A stretch of DNA of 64,000 nucleotides from Bacteriovoracia bacterium (GCA_050251055.1 JBFWNL010000001.1:715825-779824); one strand, 5' to 3'; shown: positions 9,448 through 19,403, counted from the first letter of the stretch. The notes: generated by a model not told the origin, from the sequence alone. Program-made: numbers and translations.

Positions 9448-10664
9448 TTCCCTTTGAACTTCTTGATCGTCTTACGCAGCACTTCGGCCTTCGTTTCGGC
9501 CAGGCGTACATCGCGATAGTTGGTCTTGAACTGCATCAAGCGCTTCTGGATGCGTTCCGCGACCGGGCAAAGCCCCGGGGCGTAGGAAACATCCTGATAG
9601 ATCTGTGGCATGCGCGAGACAAACTTGCGTTCGGCGATCAGCGGTTCCAAATAAGGCACCGACCAGGCACCGTAGATCCCATCGCCGCCTTCTTGAATGT
9701 AGGCTTTGCGGAAATCCTGCCAGCTCACACCGATCGCTTCTTCGCCGTGATAGACGACGCCGAGCGTGTAGTACGAGTTATGGAAGCCGTCCGGCGTCTT
9801 CTGCGGGACAAGGTAGTCGCATTCCGACATAACATCCATGAAGAGCTTCGCGGATTTGATCCGCAGGTCCACCAAGTATTCCACCTGTTCGAGTTGCGCC
9901 ATCGCGACCGCCGCGCAGAATTCCGGCAGGCGGTAGTTCCAACCCAGCGAATCGTGACGTTTGTAATTCGGGTCTTGGAAGACGTCCTGGTTTAAGCGGG
10001 TGCGGCCTTCGGAAGCACGCAGGTTTTTAAACCCATGCCCGCCGATCTTGCGTACCTTCTCGGCCAGGGCTTCGCTGTCGGTGATGAGCATGCCGCCCTC
10101 ACCGCAGGAAAGATGCTTGGTGTTCTCGAAGCTGAAGCTCGCGAGATCGCCGAACGTGCCGGCCAGCTGGCCCTTGTAGGTACCGAGCACGCACTGGGCG
10201 TTGTCTTCGATCACGGGAATATTATGCTTGCGCGCGATCTTCATGATCGGGTCCATGTCGGCCGGCAATCCGTAGAGCGAGACCGGCATGATGGCCTTGG
10301 TCTTCTTCGTGATCTTGCGCTCGAGATCGGCCGGATCCATGTTGAAGGTTTCCGCATCCACGTCGCAGAACACCGGGACCGCATTCGCGTGGAACGTAGA
10401 AGTGGTGTCCATGATCACGGTCAACGCCGGCGATATGACTTCATCACCCGCTTGCACCCCTACTGCTTCGAGGGCCGCATGCAAGGTAGCCGTGCCGGAG
10501 TTAAACGCCACCGCGTATTTCGTGTTAAATTTTTCGGCGAAAGCCTTTTCCAAAGTCTGCACCCAAGTGCCGCTCGTGGCGGACCAGGATTCGGAGCCCA
10601 ACACCTTCGTCAGGTATTCCAGCTCGTTGCCTAGGTACTTGGAGGGATTTTCAATTTTTTGCAT
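9444..10664 (-). CDS. DegT/DnrJ/EryC1/StrS PLP sugar aminotransferase
   Basis: NSGTATLH, GDEVI, IEDNAQ, SFSFENTKHLSCGEGG (PLP lysine), GWNYRL. Confidence 0.93.
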   Translation of the reverse strand: MQKIENPSKYLGNELEYLTKVLGSESWSATSGTWVQTLEKAFAEKFNTKYAVAFNSGTATLHAALEAVGVQAGDEVISPALTVIMDTTSTFHANAVPVFCDVDAETFNMDPADLERKITKKTKAIMPVSLYGLPADMDPIMKIARKHNIPVIEDNAQCVLGTYKGQLAGTFGDLASFSFENTKHLSCGEGGMLITDSEALAEKVRKIGGHGFKNLRASEGRTRLNQDVFQDPNYKRHDSLGWNYRLPEFCAAVAMAQLEQVEYLVDLRIKSAKLFMDVMSECDYLVPQKTPDGFHNSYYTLGVVYHGEEAIGVSWQDFRKAYIQEGGDGIYGAWSVPYLEPLIAERKFVSRMPQIYQDVSYAPGLCPVAERIQKRLMQFKTNYRDVRLAETKAEVLRKTIKKFKGK

Positions 10665-11427
10665 TCCAGTTCTCCTTCAGGACTAACTTGGTCTTGGCGA
10701 CTTGGTTGTTTTTCCATTGCTCATGGAGATGACGGTTCAAGCCGATCACTTCGGGATGCTGATCCAGGTAAGCCACGATGTCGCGCAACCCGAAAGCGGG
10801 CTTCTGCGGCTTCAGCGCCTTCACGACGGCGTCGAAGAAGCGGAAGTCGTCTTCGTAATCCAGGGTCATGCGGATATCGTCACGGCAGAACACCGGGTCG
10901 GGCTTCTGCAGCAGCTCGTTGCGGAAAAGACCGGTGTCCTTGAAGTACACCCACATCATTTCGGTTTCTTCCGTGGCCTTGATCTCGCAAACCTTCTGGA
11001 GGGCGGCGGCGGAAATTCCGTAAGTGAAAGCGCCGCAAATTACTTCCGGGCTCTCGATGAAGTCGGCACCGGTACGATCGTGCTGATCAAACGCTTGATC
11101 CATGAGTTCGGGCTCGCAAAACAGATCATCGCCGTCGGCGGTTACGAAGAAGTCGACGCCGTTGGCTTTACAGGCCCCGTTCCAGCGCTCGAGCTTGTCC
11201 TTCACGCTGCCTCGAAAAACCCGCACGCCGTTCTTTTCGGCGAGCTGGCAAAGCACGTCGTCTTCCGGCAGCGTCGTCGTGCAAAGAACCACGAAATTCG
11301 CACGCTTGGAGCGTAAGGCCCGTTGCATCACGTATTCGATCGTGGTGAGGCCCATGATCGTCTTCAATGCCTTCTGAGCCAAGCGCGAAGACCCCGTTCT
11401 TACGGTAATAAATATGGCTTTGGTCAC
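10651..11427 (-). CDS. SpsF-like acylneuraminate cytidylyltransferase
   Basis: ITVRTGSSRLAQKAL, FRGSVKDKLER, DGDD, RMTLDYEDD. Confidence 0.88.
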   Translation of the reverse strand: MTKAIFITVRTGSSRLAQKALKTIMGLTTIEYVMQRALRSKRANFVVLCTTTLPEDDVLCQLAEKNGVRVFRGSVKDKLERWNGACKANGVDFFVTADGDDLFCEPELMDQAFDQHDRTGADFIESPEVICGAFTYGISAAALQKVCEIKATEETEMMWVYFKDTGLFRNELLQKPDPVFCRDDIRMTLDYEDDFRFFDAVVKALKPQKPAFGLRDIVAYLDQHPEVIGLNRHLHEQWKNNQVAKTKLVLKENWNAKN

Positions 11428-11555
11428 GGTGAGGTTTTACTCATTTAGCCGAGGAAATGACAACCGTTTTGCATCATTTACAGGCACCGATACTTGACTA
11501 TTTCCATTTAGTAGTTGGCTTGTCCATCGCATTCAGCTAACCCTAAATCATCCCC

Positions 11556-13310
11556 ATGCCACGCATACACGAACTGACTCAGTTTTTAGGTAAAAAGACG
11601 CTTTGGCTCATGGTCATGGGCGTCTTCACCGGCATAACGCTATTTGGCATCGAAATTTTTTTCGCGCAAACGATCGACGTTTTCCTGCAGGCGATTGGCG
11701 GCACGCCGGTCGAGTCGATCGCCCGTTCTTTTCTCATCACCTGGCTCCCCTTAAACGGATTCACGAGCGTCTTGGTGTTACTCGGGACTTTGGGCGCGAT
11801 CCGCGGCCTACTCCAATGCGCGCAAGTTTACTTTCCCAGCCTCACGGCCGAAGAGCAACGCTTCGTCCATCGCGGTCGCGTCTTACACTGGGCCTTTCGC
11901 AGTCATTCCGCCAATAGCGGCGAGATCATGACTTTATTCAGCGATACGACTTCGGGCGCGGCGACCGCGATCTTGAGCGTACAAGCTTTGGCCGCCCTGA
12001 TTCCCGTCGCCCTGCTGCTCTGGGTAGGCTTGCTTCAGATCGCGATGATGCCTACCCTGATCGTCACCGGCTGCTTGGCGCTACTCGCGTTGGGGCTGAA
12101 GGCGCTCGATTCCATCACCCAACGCGCGGGCGTGCAGGTTGCGCGCGAAGGCGCCGCGATCAACGCCAACGTCCTGGCTAATATTAAAAACCTGCTGCTA
12201 ATGCAGATTTACGGGACCGAAGCCAAGGAAGCGAATCGCGTGGAGGCAAGCCTCGCGAACTACTATCGCCACAGTCATCTCCAGCTCGTGCTCATGAGCG
12301 CGAAGTACGCCATCCCGCAGATCTTCGGCGTCGTCCTCATCTGCATCATCACCGCGGCCGCGCTCCAAGGCCCGGATCGTCTACCGGCCGGCGTGCTGAT
12401 CGCCTATTTTTACCTGTTCGTGCGTTTCGTGCAGAACGTTTCGGAAATCCTGCGGCAGCTCTCTTTCATCGAATACTACAAGCCGCACCTCGTCCGCATG
12501 TTCGGCTGGTGGAAACAGAATGGGCAAGCCGCCCAAGCCTTACGGTTGGCGGTCCCATCCGCGCAGGTCCCTCCCCTACTCACCGGCCCGGGCGGCACGG
12601 GTTGGCGCCTTAAAGAGGTCGAGTTCCGCTATCCCGACGCGGCGGCTCCCGTGCTCCAAAAACTTTCGGCGGAGATCGCCCCGGGCGAAACGTTCGTGAT
12701 CGTGGGCCCTTCCGGATCCGGCAAGTCGACGCTCGTGTCTTTGCTTCTAGGTAACCTTCAACCCAGCTCGGGGGATGTGAAACTCGTCGTGAAAGACGAG
12801 AAAGGTACGGAAAACTTCCCGCTCGCCGAGGTGCGTGCTCGTTTCTTAAAAACCGTCGGTTACGTCGGTCCCGAGAGCTTCCTGCTCGCCGGCACAATCC
12901 TGGAAAACCTGACGTATGGTTTGGATCAGATGCCTAACCCCGCGCAGATTGAGCGCGCCCTGCAGACGGCGGAATGCCAATTCGTGTTCGAACTCCCCAA
13001 GGGCACGGCCCATCTGATTTCCGAGCAAGGCCAGGGGTTGTCCGCCGGCCAGAAGCAACGTCTCGCCCTGGCGCGCGCCCTCTTGCGTAATCCCACAACA
13101 CTGATCTTGGACGAGGCGACGGCGAATCTCGATCTCGAGACAGAACAACGGCTCGTGAACACTTTAAAGAAGCTCAAGCACAAGATGACCATCATCGGCG
13201 TCACGCATCGCCAAGCGCTGCTCGAAATCGCCGACCATACGTTGCGTCTGGAAGAATCTACTCAAACAGCGGGTGGCCCGCGGCCACGAATTCCCGCAAA
13301 AACTCTTTAA
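11556..13310 (+). CDS. ABC exporter, fused permease/ATPase (MsbA/PglK-like, possible glycan flippase)
   Basis: N-terminal TM helices; Walker A GPSGSGKST, signature LSAGQKQR, Walker B LILDEAT, H-loop VTH. Confidence 0.92.
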   Translation: MPRIHELTQFLGKKTLWLMVMGVFTGITLFGIEIFFAQTIDVFLQAIGGTPVESIARSFLITWLPLNGFTSVLVLLGTLGAIRGLLQCAQVYFPSLTAEEQRFVHRGRVLHWAFRSHSANSGEIMTLFSDTTSGAATAILSVQALAALIPVALLLWVGLLQIAMMPTLIVTGCLALLALGLKALDSITQRAGVQVAREGAAINANVLANIKNLLLMQIYGTEAKEANRVEASLANYYRHSHLQLVLMSAKYAIPQIFGVVLICIITAAALQGPDRLPAGVLIAYFYLFVRFVQNVSEILRQLSFIEYYKPHLVRMFGWWKQNGQAAQALRLAVPSAQVPPLLTGPGGTGWRLKEVEFRYPDAAAPVLQKLSAEIAPGETFVIVGPSGSGKSTLVSLLLGNLQPSSGDVKLVVKDEKGTENFPLAEVRARFLKTVGYVGPESFLLAGTILENLTYGLDQMPNPAQIERALQTAECQFVFELPKGTAHLISEQGQGLSAGQKQRLALARALLRNPTTLILDEATANLDLETEQRLVNTLKKLKHKMTIIGVTHRQALLEIADHTLRLEESTQTAGGPRPRIPAKTL

Positions 13311-15474
13311 TCGGCGGCGCGACCATGTGGGCCGGCACGCCCGCCGCGCTCAGGATCGCCTCGCGCACCTGGGTCGCGCTCAAAGACTCACGGCGCGAAG
13401 CCGGGTGAGCGCAACTCTCGGTCACTTGCCCACAATCCGCGCAGTAGTAAGCGGCTTCAAATAGGATCGGCTGGATGCCGATGTCGCCTAGTTTACCGAA
13501 AATTTCCTGGGAAGCGTTGGCGGAATAATAATTCCCGACGCCCGTGTGATCGCGGCCCACCACGATGTGGCTGCAGCCGAAGTTCTTGCGGCAGATCGCG
13601 GTGAAGGCGGCTTCGTGCGGGCCCGCGTAGCGCGGATACGTATTGAATACTCCCAAGACCGCCGGATACGGGGCATAGAGATCTTCCTTCAAGGCGACGT
13701 CATACGCGCCCAAGATCGCCGGCGCCGTGAAGTCACCCGCTTTTTTTGGCCCGATCACGGGGCTGATGAAGAGCGCGTCCGCGTTCGCGCGCTTGAGCGC
13801 CTCACGCTGGATAAAGAGATGGCCCGCGTGCACGATGTTGCGGGTATGGAACGCCACGATCGTCCGCCAGCCCATCGTCGAAAAGAGCTTGCGCGACTGG
13901 CGCGGAGTCAGAAAATGCGGGGACGGCGCGGCGGAGCGCTCGAACGCCCGGAAAACCTCGCCGCTGATAATAAACTTACCCTTATCCCGAAAAGCCGTGA
14001 ACCCGGGATGCTTCTGATCGTGGGTACCGAACCAGCGCTCGCCGACGGAGACGAGGTCGATCTCCTCGACGGCCGCGACTTTAAGGTATCCACAGGCACG
14101 CGCTTCCCCGGGCGCCTGGAGCGCAACCCATTGGCCCGCTTTCACCGCCGGCTTATCCACCGACTGCAGGAGAATCGGCATCGTCCAGATCTCGCCGCTC
14201 GCGCAGCGGTTATCGTCGACGACACGCGCGAGCTCGGCCGCGCCCATGAAGTGCTTAATCGGCGAATAGACGCCTTCCACGATCTGCAGGACGTCGAGCG
14301 CCGTGCGCTCATCGATCGCGAGCTTTGGCCAGGTGGCGGCATTCGCCACGGTTTGACCGGGCGGTGTCGGTTGCTCGACCAGCGTTCCTCCGTGGGGCGC
14401 GATCAATCCGCCGTCGGAGCTACTTCGAATGAATTGGAGCGTGGTCTGATCGCTCCCCGCTTGGACTTGACCCGCGTAGCTGCCCACTTCGCGGATCGTC
14501 TGGCGGATCATGCGTACCGATTCGACGGGGTACTTCCCGATCGCGGTTTCGGCGGCGAGCACCAAGCCCGAGGCGCCGTTTAAGAGCGTGTTGGTTACGT
14601 CGTTAATCTCGGCGCGGGTGGGCTGAAGATTGTTGAACATGCTTTCGAGGAGGTTCGTGGCCACATAAGTGGGCGTACCGGCCGCGGTCGCGCATTGAGT
14701 GATGTATTTTTGGGCAAGCCCGATCTTCCAGATGTCCACATCGCGCGAGAGGTCGCCGCGGTCGATGAGAATGGCGTCGCTGACGCCCAAGATCTCGGCC
14801 AAGTTGGCGAGCGCGGCCGTGCTTTCGACCTTTGAAATGATCGTGACGGGACAGCCGAAAAACTCGCGCAGCCACTTCACATCGGCGCCCCGAGAAGCGA
14901 ACGAAAACGCCACGTGTTTTAGCCCGTGCTGCTTGGCAATGGCGAGCGCGGCCCGGTCTTTTTCGGTGAAGGGCGGCAGTTCGACCAGACGGTCCAGGCT
15001 TACCCCTTTGTTGCTGCCCACTAACCCGCCCGCTAGCACGCGGCCGTGCGCTCCTTGAGCATCCACGGCCGTGACTTGAATCACCGCGGAGTTGAAATCC
15101 AGATGCAAGACATCTCCCGCATGCAGGAGCTGCGCGGGATCGATGGGATAAAGCGGGATCACGGAATCGGTGCCGGTTTCTTGCGCGCCGACGAACCGTA
15201 CGCTCGCTCCCCGCCTAAGGGTGGTGGTCCCTTCTCCCATACGGCCGGTACGGATCTGTGCGCCTTCGGTATCCACACAAAGGGGCTTCTTCGTCCACTG
15301 CGAGACGTTGCGGATAATCTCCGGCAGTTTCTCGGCCGGGGTGTGAGACATATTGATGCGAAAGACATCCACCCCTTCGCGATCCATCGCCTCGACTTTA
15401 CGGCGATCCATGGACGCGGGTCCTAGGGTCACCAGCAATTGAATATCGGCGGGCTTTTCTACCGGAAGCTTCAT
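13258..15474 (-). CDS. Pyruvate kinase - sulfate adenylyltransferase (Sat) fusion protein
   Basis: aa ~1-335 PK motifs (TLGPAS, RINMSH, SKVE, RGDL, PTRAE, ETAIGKYP); aa ~357-738 Sat motifs (PHGG, TRN..HAGH, YAGP.EA, KNFGCSH, GRDH.GVG). Confidence 0.9.
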   Translation of the reverse strand: MKLPVEKPADIQLLVTLGPASMDRRKVEAMDREGVDVFRINMSHTPAEKLPEIIRNVSQWTKKPLCVDTEGAQIRTGRMGEGTTTLRRGASVRFVGAQETGTDSVIPLYPIDPAQLLHAGDVLHLDFNSAVIQVTAVDAQGAHGRVLAGGLVGSNKGVSLDRLVELPPFTEKDRAALAIAKQHGLKHVAFSFASRGADVKWLREFFGCPVTIISKVESTAALANLAEILGVSDAILIDRGDLSRDVDIWKIGLAQKYITQCATAAGTPTYVATNLLESMFNNLQPTRAEINDVTNTLLNGASGLVLAAETAIGKYPVESVRMIRQTIREVGSYAGQVQAGSDQTTLQFIRSSSDGGLIAPHGGTLVEQPTPPGQTVANAATWPKLAIDERTALDVLQIVEGVYSPIKHFMGAAELARVVDDNRCASGEIWTMPILLQSVDKPAVKAGQWVALQAPGEARACGYLKVAAVEEIDLVSVGERWFGTHDQKHPGFTAFRDKGKFIISGEVFRAFERSAAPSPHFLTPRQSRKLFSTMGWRTIVAFHTRNIVHAGHLFIQREALKRANADALFISPVIGPKKAGDFTAPAILGAYDVALKEDLYAPYPAVLGVFNTYPRYAGPHEAAFTAICRKNFGCSHIVVGRDHTGVGNYYSANASQEIFGKLGDIGIQPILFEAAYYCADCGQVTESCAHPASRRESLSATQVREAILSAAGVPAHMVAPPIKEFLREFVAAGHPLFE

Positions 15475-16004
15475 ACGAAGGCCTCTCCACCCGAGCCGGT
15501 CGGCACCCGGCTCAACACGTGTTTCACCAAGGCTTGGCCGATCTCTTCACGCGATGTCTTTTCGGTGTCAAAAGTAAACTCCGGATTGGCCGGGACTTCA
15601 AAAGGGTCGTCGATACCGGTGAAATTCTTAATCTCCCCCGCCCGGGCGCGAAGATAAAGCCCTTTAGGGTCCCGCTGCTCACAAACCTCCAATCGGGTGG
15701 CGAGATAAACTTCCGTGAAATCTTTGCACATGCCCCGCACGGCCGCACGCGCTTCGGCATACGGCGAAATAAACGAAGCGACCACCACCACGCCGTGCTT
15801 CTCGAGCATGCTCGCCACGTACCCCGCGTACTTGATGTGCCGGTCGCGGTCAGTGCGCGTAAACGACGTTTCGGGAAACACCGCACGAATGGCATCCCCG
15901 TCGAGGTGCTCCACGCGCAGTCCCTTGTCCTTCAGTTGACCCGTAACATAAGTCGCCAGGGTCGTTTTTCCGGAGCCTGAAAGCCCGGTTAGCCAAACTA
16001 CCAT
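15471..16004 (-). CDS. cysC: Adenylyl-sulfate (APS) kinase
   Basis: WLTGLSGSGKTT, LDGDAIR, FISPY, RDPKGLY, NFTGIDDPFE. Confidence 0.96.
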   Translation of the reverse strand: MVVWLTGLSGSGKTTLATYVTGQLKDKGLRVEHLDGDAIRAVFPETSFTRTDRDRHIKYAGYVASMLEKHGVVVVASFISPYAEARAAVRGMCKDFTEVYLATRLEVCEQRDPKGLYLRARAGEIKNFTGIDDPFEVPANPEFTFDTEKTSREEIGQALVKHVLSRVPTGSGGEAFV

Positions 16005-16092
16005 TGTGGGCGGATATTAGTTTGGCGGCTTCGCCCTCGTCAAGCTTGGAAATCCTTGAGTTTTCCCAGGGTTTCCCAGATGATGACGCTCC

Positions 16093-16620
16093 ATGAAGTT
16101 TATTGAGTCGCCACTCACGGGCGTGTGGACCATCGAAGCCGAGACCTTTCGGGACGAGCGCGGGTCGTTTTCCCAGGTCTTTCTGACCGAGGAGTTCAGG
16201 CAACATAAACTCGAGACCGAGTTCGGCCAGTGGAGCCTTTCGGACAACGAGATCCGGGGAACGCTTCGCGGGATGCACTTCCAGAAACCTCCGTTCGCCC
16301 AGGGCAAGCTGATCCAATGCGTACGTGGGTCTATTTTTGATGTCGCGATCGACTTGCGCGAAGGTTCACCCACTTTCCGAAAGTGGTGGGGAACCGAAAT
16401 CAGCGCGAAGAACAACCGCATGCTGCACATCGCGCCCGGCTTCGCCCATGGTTTCATCACGCTGGAAGATCACACCTGCGTCTACTACCATCTGTCGAAG
16501 ACCTACACGCCCGATAGCCAGAGCGGGATTCGCTGGGATGACCCGAAGATCGGCATCCATTGGCCGCTGAATCCCACGCGTGTTTCGGATCGCGATCGCG
16601 CGTACCCGTTGCTCAAGTAG
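16093..16620 (+). CDS. rfbC: dTDP-4-dehydrorhamnose 3,5-epimerase
   Basis: DERGSF, GTLRGMHFQ, QGKL, DVAIDLREGSPT, GFAHGF, IRWDDP. Confidence 0.95.
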   Translation: MKFIESPLTGVWTIEAETFRDERGSFSQVFLTEEFRQHKLETEFGQWSLSDNEIRGTLRGMHFQKPPFAQGKLIQCVRGSIFDVAIDLREGSPTFRKWWGTEISAKNNRMLHIAPGFAHGFITLEDHTCVYYHLSKTYTPDSQSGIRWDDPKIGIHWPLNPTRVSDRDRAYPLLK

Positions 16621-17830
16621 TTCCGAGTTGATCGATCAGATAGTCGGCGATCGCAAGCGACGCCGTTGCTCCAGGGCTTGGCGCATTCAGTAGATGAAGC
16701 GCGCGCTCGGCTCTTTCGATACGAAAATCTTGAATCAACTGACCGCTCCCATCCATCGCTTGGGCGCGGATGCCGGAGTGCCCGGCTTCCAAATCTTCGG
16801 GTTGGATCTCCGGGACGAGTCGCTGCAACGCCCGACAAAACGCCGACCGACTGAGCGATTGCTTCAGCTCTGAAGCGATCATCGCGCGATGCCGACTGGC
16901 GAACCGGTATAACCCCGAAAAAAAAACCGCCTCTCCGAAATCCGCCAAATTGAAATCGCGCTTCCCGTAGCCTTCCCGCGCGAGCGACAAGATCGCGTTC
17001 GGCCCCGCATCGAGCGATCCGTCGATCCGACGGGTGAAATGCACGCCTAAAAAAGGAAACTTTGGATCTGGCAGTGGATAAAGGAGATGCCTCACCAGAT
17101 GCTTACGCGATTCCTTCACGCGGAAATAATCACCGCGAAACGGGACGATTCGTACCGCGGGCTCCAAGCCCGCCGAACGGGCCACCCGATCACATTGCAA
17201 TCCCGCGCAGTTGATCAGATGCGAAGCGCGAAAATCCCCGCACGTGGTGGCGACTACGTGGCCGTGGCCGGCACCGGGCCGCTCCCGGTGGAAACCACGT
17301 GCTTCGGCGCCGACGATCACCTCGCCCCCGGCCTCGCCGATCTTCTGGGCCAAACGACTCGCGACTTCGCGATAGTCCACGATACCCTCCTCGGGAACGT
17401 GCAGGGCACCCAGTCCCCGAGCGTGGGGTTCGATCTCTCCGATCTCCTCCGCCTGGAGCAGCCGCAAGCCGCGCAGCCCATTCTGCTGACCGCGCTCCAT
17501 CGTCGCGGGCAGGCGGGCTAGCTCTTCGGAGGTCGTGGCTACCATCAGTTTTCCGCAGATTTCGTGGGGAATCGAATTTTCGCGACAGAACTCGACCATC
17601 TGACGGACGCCATTGACGGCGAGCCGGGCCTTTAACGAACCGGGCACATAGGAAAGACCGGCATGGAGCACTCCGCTGTTATGCCCCGTCTGATGTTGGC
17701 CTACTTGAGGTTCTTTTTCGAGGACGCGCACGAAGGTGGCGGGATCACGCCGCTGCAGGCGATAGGCGGTGGCCAAGCCAATGATGCCACCCCCTATAAC
17801 TGCCACCGACCGACTCAAGCGCGTATCCAC
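16613..17830 (-). CDS. lhgO: L-2-hydroxyglutarate oxidase-like FAD oxidoreductase
   Basis: IGGGIIGLA, HQTGHNSGVLHAG, GSLKA, PFRGDY, PFLGVHFT, GPNA, GIRAQA, NAPSPGATAS. Confidence 0.9.
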   Translation of the reverse strand: MDTRLSRSVAVIGGGIIGLATAYRLQRRDPATFVRVLEKEPQVGQHQTGHNSGVLHAGLSYVPGSLKARLAVNGVRQMVEFCRENSIPHEICGKLMVATTSEELARLPATMERGQQNGLRGLRLLQAEEIGEIEPHARGLGALHVPEEGIVDYREVASRLAQKIGEAGGEVIVGAEARGFHRERPGAGHGHVVATTCGDFRASHLINCAGLQCDRVARSAGLEPAVRIVPFRGDYFRVKESRKHLVRHLLYPLPDPKFPFLGVHFTRRIDGSLDAGPNAILSLAREGYGKRDFNLADFGEAVFFSGLYRFASRHRAMIASELKQSLSRSAFCRALQRLVPEIQPEDLEAGHSGIRAQAMDGSGQLIQDFRIERAERALHLLNAPSPGATASLAIADYLIDQLGTT

Positions 17831-18744
17831 TCTTTGATTCGGAATAGGACGTCATGCATTGACCACCCCAGCACGGGGGTAAGGCCAGCGTCGAAAGTTA
17901 GTCGATACCTACGCACCTGAGCGAGAGCGCGCCCCAATGCTTCCAGGTAAGGGGGATAAATAAACTGTTTCGCGCCACCAGGTAATCGGTACCCCTCCGC
18001 CTTCACGAAGCTTCCATCTTTGCGCCAACGAAGTGCGTGAAAATGACAGAATACCACGGCCGTGCCGTCGACGCAGGGCCCTTCGGTTATATCATAGTTA
18101 AAGAAATTCCAAGGCGCTACCCCCCCCCCTAAATGTTGCAAAACGTGCACACCGGGAAAACGCGTCTTCCAGTCGTCTAGGTATTTCTGGTCGCCAAACT
18201 TGCCATCCTCCGCACGGGCAAAACACCACTCAAGACACCGTGCTTTCCACCAGTCTAGTGCGGCTAGACCTCGATCGTCATGACGAAAACCCATGAACTG
18301 CACGCAGTAAACACCGCTGGTCAATGAATGATCGTACTTAGGAGTATAACGATGTTCGGTTAAGAGAACCGAGGAGCCCGACTTAGCGAACTCAACCAAT
18401 AATGGCTCCACCGAAGAAAAGAAAAAGAGATCGGCGTCCAGATAAATCACGGAACCAAGACTCAGCTTACGTAGACAGTGGTCAATAATCGACGGCGTGC
18501 AAGTCCAGCAATACTCCGCCACATTCCGGCCCGACTTCACGCTCAAAAGCTCCGGCGTTTCAAACTCGTTCGCACCCACCGGGGTCACGCCGGGCAGCGG
18601 ATAATGGCTCAAATATTGAAACGATTCGTCATCCAGGCAAAACGCCCAAACGCGGCTTTCGGGAGAATACCGATGCAAGGACTCCATCATCGCGATCGCG
18701 CGCGTGAGGTAAACGGAATTAAACAGCGTACAGAAGTTTTTCAC
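17815..18744 (-). CDS. Putative GT-A fold glycosyltransferase
   Basis: FCTLFNS.YL, EYCWTCTP, YLDADL (DxD), GKFGDQKYLDDW, GGGVAPWN; GTG 18744 overlaps upstream TGA. Confidence 0.82.
   Translation of the reverse strand: MKNFCTLFNSVYLTRAIAMMESLHRYSPESRVWAFCLDDESFQYLSHYPLPGVTPVGANEFETPELLSVKSGRNVAEYCWTCTPSIIDHCLRKLSLGSVIYLDADLFFFSSVEPLLVEFAKSGSSVLLTEHRYTPKYDHSLTSGVYCVQFMGFRHDDRGLAALDWWKARCLEWCFARAEDGKFGDQKYLDDWKTRFPGVHVLQHLGGGVAPWNFFNYDITEGPCVDGTAVVFCHFHALRWRKDGSFVKAEGYRLPGGAKQFIYPPYLEALGRALAQVRRYRLTFDAGLTPVLGWSMHDVLFRIKEWIRA
18120..18129. repeat. C10 homopolymer (G10 on the coding strand) inside a glycosyltransferase
   Basis: ...gctac ccccccccct...; reads TTA GGG GGG GGG GTA on the minus strand. 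Confidence 0.9.
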
Positions 18745-19403
18745 GCGCCCATTTCCAAGTGATAAATCGACGTAATCGCAAGCAACCCCGGGAACTTCTG
18801 CACGAGCCCCTGTTTCCACCCCGTACGCGAACTGCCGAGATGACGGCGATCCAAGATACGCCAACCCTGGGCAGCGACGTAGTCCTCAAAGTCGCGAACG
18901 CCGAGCTGATGGATATGACCGGTGGAATGCCAATCGTAGCCAAAAAGCAAGGGATGCGGCATGCGCCCGTGACAGAGCAGGTCCCACCGATTGGACCAGT
19001 GGCCGAAATTTGGGAAGGAAATGATCTGGCGGCGCGCGACGCGCTTCATTTCGGACATGAGCACTTCCGGGAACATCACCATCTGCACGGTGACGTTGCA
19101 GACCGCGTAGTCGAAAGAACCGGACGTGACATCCTTTAGGGGCTGATCGATCGACCCCTGGTTGACCTGCAGTCCTTTGCGGCGCGCCGACTCCACGCCG
19201 GAAGCCGAGAGCTCGATTCCCTGCCCCGCACACTGCTTCCCGTCGCGCAGCTTCGCCAAGAGCGCGCCGTCACCACAACCCAAGTCCAATACGCGGGCGC
19301 GCGGAGGAACCCAATCGGAGATGACCGGGTACTCGGCCCGGTCGTCGTGCGAGTCAGGTGCGTAAAAATAGTTCCGATTGTCGGTGGAATTCATCGGTGC
19401 CAA
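18741..19403 (-). CDS. MetW-like SAM-dependent methyltransferase
   Basis: RVLDLGCGDG, ISFPNFGHW..R..L...GRMP, HIH. Confidence 0.85.
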   Translation of the reverse strand: MAPMNSTDNRNYFYAPDSHDDRAEYPVISDWVPPRARVLDLGCGDGALLAKLRDGKQCAGQGIELSASGVESARRKGLQVNQGSIDQPLKDVTSGSFDYAVCNVTVQMVMFPEVLMSEMKRVARRQIISFPNFGHWSNRWDLLCHGRMPHPLLFGYDWHSTGHIHQLGVRDFEDYVAAQGWRILDRRHLGSSRTGWKQGLVQKFPGLLAITSIYHLEMGA

